The notes under the pieces are model-generated. The model saw only the letters and a program-made list of their open reading frames with translations. It was not told where the DNA came from and searched no databases. A stretch of DNA of 64,000 bases, from contig PFDS01000040.1 of the NCBI GenBank assembly GCA_002772605.1, positions 14,862-78,861 on the forward strand, read 5' to 3'. Of the stretch, positions 19,435-27,890 are shown in pieces (position 1 is the first letter of the stretch; every line of letters starts with the position of its first letter). The position numbers and the translations under genes were made by a program. Source of the stretch: Candidatus Peregrinibacteria bacterium CG10_big_fil_rev_8_21_14_0_10_49_16. GTDB lineage: Bacteria > Patescibacteriota > Gracilibacteria > Peribacterales > Peribacteraceae.

Positions 19435-20258
19435 ATGCCACCGAAAAAGCATCAGGCAAACTCATTCTCTCCGGCGAGTATGCCGTGGTATTTGGCCATC
19501 CGGGAATTGCCATCCCCATCCCCTTCACAACACAGGTAACTTACCATGAAAATAAGCATTATGAAGAAGCTCAATATATACAAAAAATAAAAAAGGAGTG
19601 TGAGACATTCACCGAGCCTCTGTCAGGAACATTCACAGTAGAAAGCGCCATCCCTATTGGCCGCGGCCTGGGATCATCCACGGCACTCGTGATTGCAATC
19701 GCACGATGTCTCAGCCTCACAAAAGAACAGGCTCTCTCCATCGAAGACACTATCAACCCCGGCCACAGCGGCATCGACTTCGAAACCATCTGGCAGGAAC
19801 GTCCGTTGAAATTTGTTAAAGGCCACAGGCCGGAGCCTGTCGATATCAATCTCGATTTCCTTGAAAATACCATCCTCATTGATACAGGAAAACCAAATGA
19901 AACAACACCAGAGTTGGTGAAATGGGTGAAAGACAATATGGCACCAGAAACATATCCCTTCCAGACCATCGCCCACTGCACCAAACGCCTCCTCCAAGGA
20001 GAATCTCCCCTCACAGTCTTCCCTGATCACCATCGGGCCCAAATCGCACTCGGCGTCGTCCCTAAAGAAGGGCAAAAACTTATTACAGAAATCGAATCCG
20101 TTGGCGGAGTAGCTAAAGTTCTCGGTGCGGGTGGAAGAACAGGCGGCGGAGGAATGGTATTGGCAGTACATTCGACGGTGAAGAACCTAGAAAAAGTCGC
20201 ACAATACTTTGCTTTTCCCATCCATCCGCTTCAAAATGACTTGCTGCACCTTGCATGA
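19431..20258 (+). CDS. mvk: mevalonate kinase (GHMP kinase)
   Basis: ASGKLILSGEYAVVFGHPGIAIPI and PIGRGLGSSTALVIAIA (GHMP motif 2). ATGA overlaps on both sides. At 275 aa it is short for the family. Confidence 0.75.
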   Translation: MNATEKASGKLILSGEYAVVFGHPGIAIPIPFTTQVTYHENKHYEEAQYIQKIKKECETFTEPLSGTFTVESAIPIGRGLGSSTALVIAIARCLSLTKEQALSIEDTINPGHSGIDFETIWQERPLKFVKGHRPEPVDINLDFLENTILIDTGKPNETTPELVKWVKDNMAPETYPFQTIAHCTKRLLQGESPLTVFPDHHRAQIALGVVPKEGQKLITEIESVGGVAKVLGAGGRTGGGGMVLAVHSTVKNLEKVAQYFAFPIHPLQNDLLHLA

Positions 20259-21265
20259 TTACTGTCACCTCCACCCCAAACATCGCCTTTATTAAATACT
20301 GGGGGAACCGCCATCAGGAATTGCGCTTACCAACAAACGATTCCTTATCGATGACGCTCGATTCTCCCATCGTTGAAGTTTCCATAGAAGAAACCAACAC
20401 ATTTTCGGTTACTTCGAACAAGGAACTCACCAAAAAAGACCAAGCGCGCTTGAAAATTCATCGAGAACTTGCACATCGCTACCTTACATCACTTCAGCCG
20501 GAATATGCACTACCGACAGTATCTGTCTCCATAACCTCACAAGTCCCCGCTGGTATTGGACTTGCCTCGTCTGCAGCAATTTTTAGCGGAATTACCAAAG
20601 CGTATGCCGAACTGCTCGCTCAAAAAGGAGTACACCTCACAAATGAACAGGTGAGTATCATGGCACGATTAGGATCTGGTTCAGCCTGCCGCAGCATTCA
20701 TGGGGGCTTTGTTGCCATACACGCAGGCTTAAGTGATAGCATCGATGCGGCAATAGCTGTTCAGATTGCTGACGAACATCACTGGAAACTCCACAATGTC
20801 GTTATTGCACCAAGTCTTCAGGAAAAAAAATATGGATCAAGTGAAGGTCACCAAATAGCACATACTAGTCCTTTCTTTACAGAAAGATTGCAGAAACTCT
20901 CAAAAAGACAACAAGAGTGCATTGATGCAATTTGTCATAAAGATTTTGAAAAACTCCAGCATGTGACTGAAGAGGATGCATGGAATATGCATAAAATTGC
21001 CGAAACGAGTACACCCTCTCTGTGTTACCTGACACAAGAAACGTATCGCATAACACAGGAAGTTGCACAACTACGAACAGAAAAACATCTGCCCGTTCTC
21101 TTCACTATGGATGCCGGACCCACGGTGCATCTTATCTGCACCGAAGAAGCCTGTGCCGATATCAGAGAATACGCTCACCAACAAACAGGATGCGCCATAT
21201 TCGAAACAAAAGTAGGAACTGGCGCACAGAGGAAAGCTGCCAAGCATGAAACCTGGCAGCTGTAG
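20255..21265 (+). CDS. mvaD: diphospho- or phospho-mevalonate decarboxylase (MVD family)
   Basis: Motifs PNIAFIKYWGNR, GIGLASSAA and GSGSACRS. Substrate (MVAPP versus MVAP) cannot be told from the sequence by eye. Confidence 0.8.
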   Translation: MITVTSTPNIAFIKYWGNRHQELRLPTNDSLSMTLDSPIVEVSIEETNTFSVTSNKELTKKDQARLKIHRELAHRYLTSLQPEYALPTVSVSITSQVPAGIGLASSAAIFSGITKAYAELLAQKGVHLTNEQVSIMARLGSGSACRSIHGGFVAIHAGLSDSIDAAIAVQIADEHHWKLHNVVIAPSLQEKKYGSSEGHQIAHTSPFFTERLQKLSKRQQECIDAICHKDFEKLQHVTEEDAWNMHKIAETSTPSLCYLTQETYRITQEVAQLRTEKHLPVLFTMDAGPTVHLICTEEACADIREYAHQQTGCAIFETKVGTGAQRKAAKHETWQL

Positions 21266-21273
21266 AACTCTGG

Positions 21274-21468
21274 TCACACCACCAGTTTTTTGCTGCAAAA
21301 TGGACAATACTGAATGGGGAGCTTGGCAGAAGTACTCTTCGTATCCCGATAGTTCAGCACGAGATGCAAAAAGGCTCCTTCATTCGGACATGCCACTACA
21401 ATGCTGTGCTCAGGACACTTCTTACGAAATACATCATGCCCCTTACATCTGTGTACAGGCGTTGGCAT
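21274..21468 (-). CDS. small Cys/His-rich protein (64 aa), hypothetical
   Basis: AAAGGAGGTGA lies 6 nt before the ATG at 21468. The product contains HRCKGH, CPEH, CP and CPFC. Confidence 0.5.
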   Translation of the reverse strand: MPTPVHRCKGHDVFRKKCPEHSIVVACPNEGAFLHLVLNYRDTKSTSAKLPIQYCPFCSKKLVV

Positions 21469-21539
21469 AGAAATCACCTCCTTTCAAGCAATAAATGACC
21501 AGTTACACTGAACATACTTCAAAAATATATAGATAAACA

Positions 21540-21568
21540 AGGGCAGTCATCGACATGACGACTGCCCT
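21540..21568 (-). terminator. rho-independent terminator after the DUF5698-like gene
   Basis: On the minus strand, AGGGCAGTC-N11-GACTGCCCT is followed by TGTTTATCT. Confidence 0.55.
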
Positions 21569-21573
21569 GTCAC

Positions 21574-21873
21574 TTACTGCTCCTTTGGAGCGTGTTCTTT
21601 GGAAATTTGCACTTCCATAGAAATCTTTTTCCGTGTGAATCGCGAATGGAGCATCGTTGCAACCACGCTTCCCACAGCAGTACCCGCTGCATAACACAGG
21701 ATATCCACTACCGACGGAACGTTCGTGACTACATGCCGAATGAGAAGAAGCCACGCGCCACTGACCAGAAACGTCCATCCGGCATTGAGGAAGTTCCGTT
21801 CCGTGTATGCAACGATTCTCAGCCGCATTACTACAAGAAAATCCCACAGAAACCCAAGCAGAAAGTATCCCAT
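21574..21873 (-). CDS. DUF5698/UPF0316-like membrane protein
   Basis: The start at 21873 is preceded by GAAGGAGGG. Pattern LRIVAYTERNFLNAGWTFLVSGAWLLLI...LCYAAGTAVGSVVATML. Confidence 0.6.
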   Translation of the reverse strand: MGYFLLGFLWDFLVVMRLRIVAYTERNFLNAGWTFLVSGAWLLLIRHVVTNVPSVVDILCYAAGTAVGSVVATMLHSRFTRKKISMEVQISKEHAPKEQ

Positions 21874-21942
21874 ATGTCCCTCCTTCCCTTGCTCTTTCAA
21901 GGAACAATACTAACAAGTAGTATATATCAGAACAGAAAGAGA

Positions 21943-23121
21943 ATGATAGCACAAATACGTATGGATTTCCGCACCCTCTCCATTCACGGCCGACGAGAAA
22001 CACTGGAACGAAAATTCTGCATTGATCTCTCAACACTCGCCATCAATGAGAAACACATTGGGCATGCCAACGAAAGAAACTGTGAACAGATGTTCGGCCA
22101 TGTGCCGATTCCTGTCGGGTACGCGGGACCACTTTCTATTACATTGAGCTGCGAGGAGAAGATCGAAGCGCACTTGCCACTGGCAACGACAGAAGCCGCA
22201 CTGATCGCCAGTGTGAACCGCGGATGTAAAGCTCTGCGGGAAGCGGGAGGAGCGCAGACAACATCGATCTATCACGGCATCACCCGATCCATTGCATTAA
22301 GAATGCAGAATGCAGAATGCAGAATGCAGAATTACGAAGAAGAAATTTCTCTAAAAAAAGAGGAATGGGTTGCGGTAGGTGAAGCAACCAGTAACCATCT
22401 CAAAATTTTGAAGTACGAAATAGACACACACGAAGATCTCCTCTTCCTCACCATCTACGCCGACACAGATGAAGCAATGGGAATGAATATGGTGACGATT
22501 GCAGCGGAGGAAATTGGAAAATGGATGGAAAAAAACTTCAACCTGGAATGTATAACCGTAGCCGCAAATGTGGATAGCGATAAAAAACCGAGTCAAAGAA
22601 CAAAGGAAAAAGGGCGCGGATATGAAGTGACGGCGACAGCTGTTCTTTCTGAAGAAGTCGTAGAATCAGTTCTCAAAACCACCCCGAAAGCACTGCTGGA
22701 AGTAGCGCATGCAAAATTGAAAGTTGGCTCGGAAATCGCCGGGGCTCTCGGCAAAAACTGTCATGCTGCTAACATCATCGCCGCCCTCTACCTCGCAACA
22801 GGACAGGATGCGGCACATGTTGTGGAGGGATCATTGGCAGAAACGCAAGTAAAAATTGATAATGGACAATTGAAAGTGATTGTACGAAATCCGGCAATCC
22901 TCGTTGGGATCCGCGGCGGCGGCACAACCCTTCCTGCCCAATCCCAAGCTCTCAATCTTCTACTAAAATCTACAGTTTCAGGTCTACAGTCTACGCAACA
23001 GCTTGCTGAAACCATCGGCGCGGCAGTTCTCGCTGGCGAACTCTCTCTCCTCGCAGCTCAATCCAGCCACACACTCGCAAAAAGTCATAAATTCCTTGCA
23101 CGATCTAGCCCCCTCCCCTAG
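21943..23121 (+). CDS. hmgA: HMG-CoA reductase, class I (archaeal/eukaryotic-type catalytic domain only)
   Basis: 392 aa from the ATG at 21943. Motifs EAALIASVNRGCKA, DAMGMNMV and IRGGGTTLPAQ. The 5-prime extension in the ORF track overlaps the opposite-strand gene and is rejected. Confidence 0.85.
   Translation: MIAQIRMDFRTLSIHGRRETLERKFCIDLSTLAINEKHIGHANERNCEQMFGHVPIPVGYAGPLSITLSCEEKIEAHLPLATTEAALIASVNRGCKALREAGGAQTTSIYHGITRSIALRMQNAECRMQNYEEEISLKKEEWVAVGEATSNHLKILKYEIDTHEDLLFLTIYADTDEAMGMNMVTIAAEEIGKWMEKNFNLECITVAANVDSDKKPSQRTKEKGRGYEVTATAVLSEEVVESVLKTTPKALLEVAHAKLKVGSEIAGALGKNCHAANIIAALYLATGQDAAHVVEGSLAETQVKIDNGQLKVIVRNPAILVGIRGGGTTLPAQSQALNLLLKSTVSGLQSTQQLAETIGAAVLAGELSLLAAQSSHTLAKSHKFLARSSPLP
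22301..22332 (+). repeat. heptanucleotide tandem repeat (GAATGCA x4.5) inside hmgA
   Basis: Direct reading gives gaatgca gaatgca gaatgca gaatgca gaat, which encodes RMQNAECRMQN. Confidence 0.95.
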
Positions 23122-23193
23122 CCCCTCCCTCAAGGGAGGAGAACTCCTCCATCTACCTCCTGATCCATCACTATTTCTGATAAACTTTTTCCC

Positions 23194-24219
23194 ATGCATT
23201 CTGTAATCATTGGTTTCGGCAAATACCTCCCTCGTTATCGTATCCGCACGGAAGAAATAGCCAAACACTGGCAACAAGATGCAGCACATATTACTCAATC
23301 TCTTGGTATCGAAGAGAAAACGGTGCCGGCAGAGAACGAAGATAGTTTTACATTCGCATACGAAGCAGCCAAACAAGCTATCGAGGTTGCCAATATTCCT
23401 TCATCAGAAATTTCCGCCTGTTTCGTGGGATCGGAGAGTCACCCCTACGCCGTGAAACCTACAAGCGGAATGCTGGTTTCTGCCCTCGAACTCCACCCGT
23501 TCTCTCACGCAGCTGACCTGGAATTCGCCTGTAAGGCAGGAACCGCAGCAATGCAAATTGTGGACAGTTTCATACGGTCAAAACAAATCGAATACGGCCT
23601 TGCCATTGGCACAGACAGAGCACAGGCAAAAGCTGGCGATGCACTGGAGTATTCCGCGGCTGCTGGGGCCGCCGCCCTACTTCTTGGATCCGAAAAACAC
23701 GAAAATGCCCTTTGTCGCATGGACCATACGCTCTCTTTCACCACAGACACACCCGATTTCTGGCGAAGTGAAGGGGCATCTCACCCTGAACACGCCGGCC
23801 GCTTCACCGGCGAACCCGGCTACTTCTCTCACATGCGCGAAACCATCAGTGGTCTCCTAACCGCTACCCACTCATCGCTCCCTGCTATTCATCATGTGGT
23901 CCTCCATATGCCCAATGCGAAATTTCCCAAAAAAATCATGAAAGAGTTTGGATGTACGGATGCACAAGTTGCACATGGGTTTATCGTCCCTACTATCGGA
24001 AATACGTATAGCGCCTGTTCCCTCCTTGGCCTGGTAAACGTCCTACAACATGCTAAGAAAGAAGAAAGGATTATGCTGGTTTCCTATGGCTCTGGAGCAG
24101 GATGCGATGCTTTCCTGATGACCATGCTCCGACACGGGATGACGCTCTCTGAAGAAAGGAGAGATCTGGAGTATGTCTCCTACAGCAAATATTCTCAGCT
24201 GGTACAATCTCACCAGTAA
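23194..24219 (+). CDS. HMG-CoA synthase, archaeal type
   Basis: 341 aa. Motifs GFGKYLPRYRI, EDSFTFA, GSESHPYAVKP and DLEFACKAGT. Confidence 0.85.
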   Translation: MHSVIIGFGKYLPRYRIRTEEIAKHWQQDAAHITQSLGIEEKTVPAENEDSFTFAYEAAKQAIEVANIPSSEISACFVGSESHPYAVKPTSGMLVSALELHPFSHAADLEFACKAGTAAMQIVDSFIRSKQIEYGLAIGTDRAQAKAGDALEYSAAAGAAALLLGSEKHENALCRMDHTLSFTTDTPDFWRSEGASHPEHAGRFTGEPGYFSHMRETISGLLTATHSSLPAIHHVVLHMPNAKFPKKIMKEFGCTDAQVAHGFIVPTIGNTYSACSLLGLVNVLQHAKKEERIMLVSYGSGAGCDAFLMTMLRHGMTLSEERRDLEYVSYSKYSQLVQSHQ

Positions 24220-24256
24220 TCTATACTACAGATACCAATCCTCTGAACTGACTCAC

Positions 24257-25366
24257 GTGCAGAGAGACATCTTCCTTATTGGCTCGGGACAAACACGCTT
24301 TGGCGAATGGTGGCATATGAGCCTCCAAGATCTCGTACAGAAAGCAATGGACACAAGTATAGAAAATGCACCATGTACAGCACTGGATATTGACATGGTC
24401 ATTACGGCAAACATGCTGGGGGAACTCACAAATAATCAAGCACATGTTGGCGCTCTCGCCTCTGCACTCCTTCCACATAAACCCCCGGCCCTTCGTATCG
24501 AAGCAGCATGTGCATCCGGTTCTGTTGCTCTTCATACGGCTTGCGCATTCCTTGAAAGTGAACGTGCTGAAACAATTCTTGTTCTTGGTGTAGAGAAAAT
24601 GACAGATGTCTCTTCTGAGCAGATCACACGCGCGCTCATGGGAGCATCAGACAACGAAAAGGACCAAGTGCCTGGTCTGACATTTCCCGGAATTTTTGGA
24701 CTGATTGCCAAGCGGTATATGTACGAATACGGACTCAAACGTGAAGAGTTGAATATCGTGAGTGCACGCCATCACGAAAATGCATCAAAGAACCCCAACG
24801 CGCAATTTCGTAGCCCCATTGCACCAGAGTCCGTGGAGACAAGCCCCCTTGTTGCCGATCCGCTTCACATGCTCGATTGCTCCCCCATTAGCGATGGGGC
24901 TGCTGCGTGCATCCTGAGCACAAAGTACAAAAGTCCTTTTCAACTGCGTGCATCGACACTCGCAAATGATGCGGTCAGTATTACTGACCGTGAATCCATT
25001 ACAAGCTTCTCTGCAACAAAAGAAGCTCTGGAAAAAGCATTGAAAGAGGCATGTATTAGACGAGAAGATATTGCCACAATCGAACATCACGACTGTTTTT
25101 CCATTGCAGCAGTGATCAACATGGAAGACTTGGGCTTCGCAGATAAAGGAAAGGGCATTGAATGTTACACAAAACCTTCATCACACACCTTTAATGCTAG
25201 TGGGGGCTTAAAAGCCTGCGGCCACCCTGTTGGTGCAACCGGCATTAAGCAATTGATCGATGTGCGTAAACAGTTAGAACACTCACAGAGTCGTTACGGA
25301 TTGGCCCACAACTTCGGCGGTGCCTGCGCCACCTGTTGCGTCCATATCCTCGAGTACACCGTATAA
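24257..25366 (+). CDS. acetyl-CoA C-acetyltransferase (archaeal-type thiolase)
   Basis: Motifs IEAACASGSVALHTA and GGACATCCV. A GTG start at 24257 is chosen so that the conserved DIFLIGSGQTRFGE N-terminus is kept without overlapping the upstream gene. Confidence 0.8.
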   Translation: MQRDIFLIGSGQTRFGEWWHMSLQDLVQKAMDTSIENAPCTALDIDMVITANMLGELTNNQAHVGALASALLPHKPPALRIEAACASGSVALHTACAFLESERAETILVLGVEKMTDVSSEQITRALMGASDNEKDQVPGLTFPGIFGLIAKRYMYEYGLKREELNIVSARHHENASKNPNAQFRSPIAPESVETSPLVADPLHMLDCSPISDGAAACILSTKYKSPFQLRASTLANDAVSITDRESITSFSATKEALEKALKEACIRREDIATIEHHDCFSIAAVINMEDLGFADKGKGIECYTKPSSHTFNASGGLKACGHPVGATGIKQLIDVRKQLEHSQSRYGLAHNFGGACATCCVHILEYTV

Positions 25367-26287
25367 ATGTCTACTCCTTCCATCGCTCATCGGGCTCTGA
25401 AGACACGAAATCAGAAGAATCAATCTGGAACAATTATCTCATATACGACGATCACACAATCTCAGTCCCACACTATTGCGTTGATCGAACTGGAAGACGG
25501 TTCACGGGTACTGGGACAGATAGTGTGTCACTCTGAGCAAAATATGCTCAGTGCAACAGCACTCATTGGCCAACGCGTCATGCCTCGCATGGCACTCTCC
25601 TCTATAACGGAGCAGGGCCTTCGCATCTACGACATTTCCTACGAAGTCATCATACAGAAAAAAATTGATACATTTGATGAAAGCGTGTTTCCACGCTATA
25701 TCCTCGCTATTACCGGCCCTTCAGGAGTAGGAAAATCTACCGTCAGCAAACTACTGGGAACTGTCTGCAGCCACTCTATGACACGCGTCCCTATTCTGAC
25801 GACACGTCACCCTAAAGAGGGTGATGATGGCGAATATACATACGTATCGCAGAAAGAATTTGAAAAACTACACAAAGAAGGGAAACTCGCTGCGTACACT
25901 GATATTCCATCAAACAGCGAGGAACGCCGATACGGCTACGTAGTAGAAGACCTTGAGAGAATCTGGGAAAATGGGAAAGTGCCCGTTGTGGTCACAGAAA
26001 TGCACCTGTTGCAGGGATTGGCGCAACACTTTGGACGTCGCTCCATCCTCTCCTTCGGCCTCCTTCCTCCAGGGAAAAGCCGACGTGCAATGCTCAGTTC
26101 ACTCCTCTTTCGTCTGCGAAAACGTGGCCGCGAAACCGAAGCACAGATCCGTGAACGCCTCAAACATGCTGTGCAAGACCTGCAATTCTTCAAAGAACGT
26201 GCCGAACTCTTCGACCACATTCTCGTCAACGAAGATTTGGATACACTCATCAAAACGTTCCAGAAACATGCACTAGAAACTGTATAA
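25367..26287 (+). CDS. fusion protein: DUF35-type OB-fold domain plus guanylate-kinase-like P-loop domain
   Basis: aa ~20-95: GTIISYTTITQSQSHTIALIELEDGSRVLGQIV...IGQRVMPRM is the DUF35 OB pattern, with no Zn-ribbon cysteines. aa ~105-290: ITGPSGVGKSTV and TTRHPKEGDDGEYTYVSQKEFE are a guanylate-kinase signature. The ATG directly abuts the thiolase stop. Confidence 0.7.
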   Translation: MSTPSIAHRALKTRNQKNQSGTIISYTTITQSQSHTIALIELEDGSRVLGQIVCHSEQNMLSATALIGQRVMPRMALSSITEQGLRIYDISYEVIIQKKIDTFDESVFPRYILAITGPSGVGKSTVSKLLGTVCSHSMTRVPILTTRHPKEGDDGEYTYVSQKEFEKLHKEGKLAAYTDIPSNSEERRYGYVVEDLERIWENGKVPVVVTEMHLLQGLAQHFGRRSILSFGLLPPGKSRRAMLSSLLFRLRKRGRETEAQIRERLKHAVQDLQFFKERAELFDHILVNEDLDTLIKTFQKHALETV

Positions 26288-26288
26288 C

Positions 26289-27881
26289 CTATCTTCCAGG
26301 GCACATTGCTGCGATAGCATCTGACACAAGACCGAGAAAATTCTTTTCAAAGTACTCTTTGAATTCTAACGCCAATGCATCTGCTACACGATCGTAGTCA
26401 TCGGGATGGGACCACATCTTTTTTGGATTGAGCAGGTTTTCGTCCACTCCAGGACAAACCAAAGGAACAGCCACATGAAACTTGCGGTACTCCCAATAGG
26501 GCACACTGTGTAATTCCCCACGTAATGCAGCACACACAAGGTGACGCGTCACGGCAATATCCATTCGCTCTCCAACTCCATACGGACCACCACTCCAGCC
26601 TGTGTTCACAAGATAGACCGCTGATCCATATTGCGTCAGTTTCTGCTGAAAGAGATCCAAGTAGTCCTGTGGTTTTCGTGGCATAAACGGACCACCGAAA
26701 AATCGCGAAAATGTCGCTTTTGGCTTTGTGATACCCGCTTCGGTTCCTGCGAGTTTGGATGTGTATCCGAGTAAGAACCAGAGCATCGCCTGCTCTGTAT
26801 TCAACTTCGCAATGGGAGGAAGCACCCCACTCGCATCAGCTGTAAGGAAGATAATCGTGGAAGGATGTGCCCCTTGTCCACCCTTTTTTACATTCTGCAA
26901 ACTGGTCAATGGATAGGTAGCACGGGAATTTTCAGTGAACCGATCATCATCGGTGTCGATAGTGCCGTCGGGATAGACCATAGCATTCTCAATAATGGCA
27001 TCTTGTCCTTGTTCCAGAACTGCCATATAGATCTCCGGTTCCTTCTCTTTGCGAAGACCGATCAATTTCGCATAGCACCCGTTCTCCATATTCGCAATAC
27101 CCTCATCCGACCATAGATGTTCGTCGTCGCCAATCATCTTTCTCTGAGAATCACTGGATAAGGTTGTCTTACCAGTTCCTGACAAACCGAGAAAGAGCGC
27201 CGTCGACCCGTCAGGAGCTTCATTTGCACTGCAGTGCAGTGGCAGAATTCCGTGTTCTGGGAGAAGCGCATTCATCACTGTAAAAGCGAGCTTCTTCACA
27301 GAACCAAGATAAGAAGATCCATATACCAATCCTCGACGTCTCTGGAAATCCATTGCGATAAGTGCCTTGGAGGATCCTGGTCGCTGTACAGTATCATATG
27401 GCAACACAAGAATGGTTAATGGATCACCAAGTTGAGATTCTGCATATTGAGCATCCAAAAACATATTCAGAGTGAATAGTGTACTCAGTGCACTATCAGT
27501 AACCGTCTGCACTGAAAGTGCATACTGTGGGTGTGCTCCCACAGACCGGTGTGTGACGTAGAGCCGTTCTTTTTGAGACAACATGTGTTGCGCTTCAGAC
27601 CATACCTCATCAAATACGTTGGGTTCCATAGGAATACACGTCTGCGAAAAACTCCAGTCAATGGTAGGATCTCCTGGGTGACAGACCATGTACGTATTTT
27701 GAGGAATGCGTCCTGTTGACAGTGCGGGGCGCCACACAGCAAGCGCACCGGAGGCACTCGGAAGTGCCTCACGGACCGTGAGAATCTCATCTACAAGAGA
27801 GGAACGTGATGGATCTACCCAGATATTCGGATGCGTGGTAAGCAATGATGTGGAAACAGAAGAAGTGGCAACAGAAGACAT
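26289..27881 (-). CDS. pckA: phosphoenolpyruvate carboxykinase (ATP)
   Basis: 530 aa. Kinase-1a motif GLSGTGKTTLS, with IGDDEH and a typical N-terminal PEPCK-ATP region. Confidence 0.9.
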   Translation of the reverse strand: MSSVATSSVSTSLLTTHPNIWVDPSRSSLVDEILTVREALPSASGALAVWRPALSTGRIPQNTYMVCHPGDPTIDWSFSQTCIPMEPNVFDEVWSEAQHMLSQKERLYVTHRSVGAHPQYALSVQTVTDSALSTLFTLNMFLDAQYAESQLGDPLTILVLPYDTVQRPGSSKALIAMDFQRRRGLVYGSSYLGSVKKLAFTVMNALLPEHGILPLHCSANEAPDGSTALFLGLSGTGKTTLSSDSQRKMIGDDEHLWSDEGIANMENGCYAKLIGLRKEKEPEIYMAVLEQGQDAIIENAMVYPDGTIDTDDDRFTENSRATYPLTSLQNVKKGGQGAHPSTIIFLTADASGVLPPIAKLNTEQAMLWFLLGYTSKLAGTEAGITKPKATFSRFFGGPFMPRKPQDYLDLFQQKLTQYGSAVYLVNTGWSGGPYGVGERMDIAVTRHLVCAALRGELHSVPYWEYRKFHVAVPLVCPGVDENLLNPKKMWSHPDDYDRVADALALEFKEYFEKNFLGLVSDAIAAMCPGR

Positions 27882-27890
27882 AAAGAGAGT

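Noticed and set aside
21592-21942. 5-prime extension of the HMG-CoA reductase ORF (509 aa version).
   Set aside because: The extension overlaps the oppositely oriented DUF5698-like gene, which has a strong SD and a terminator. It also has no HMGR-like sequence. The conserved catalytic domain begins after the ATG at 21943.
22301-22332. Short tandem repeat as a possible CRISPR or regulatory array.
   Set aside because: The unit is only 7 nt with no spacers, and it lies in frame within hmgA. It is a microsatellite, not a CRISPR array. No CRISPR-like repeat-spacer structure was seen anywhere in the window.
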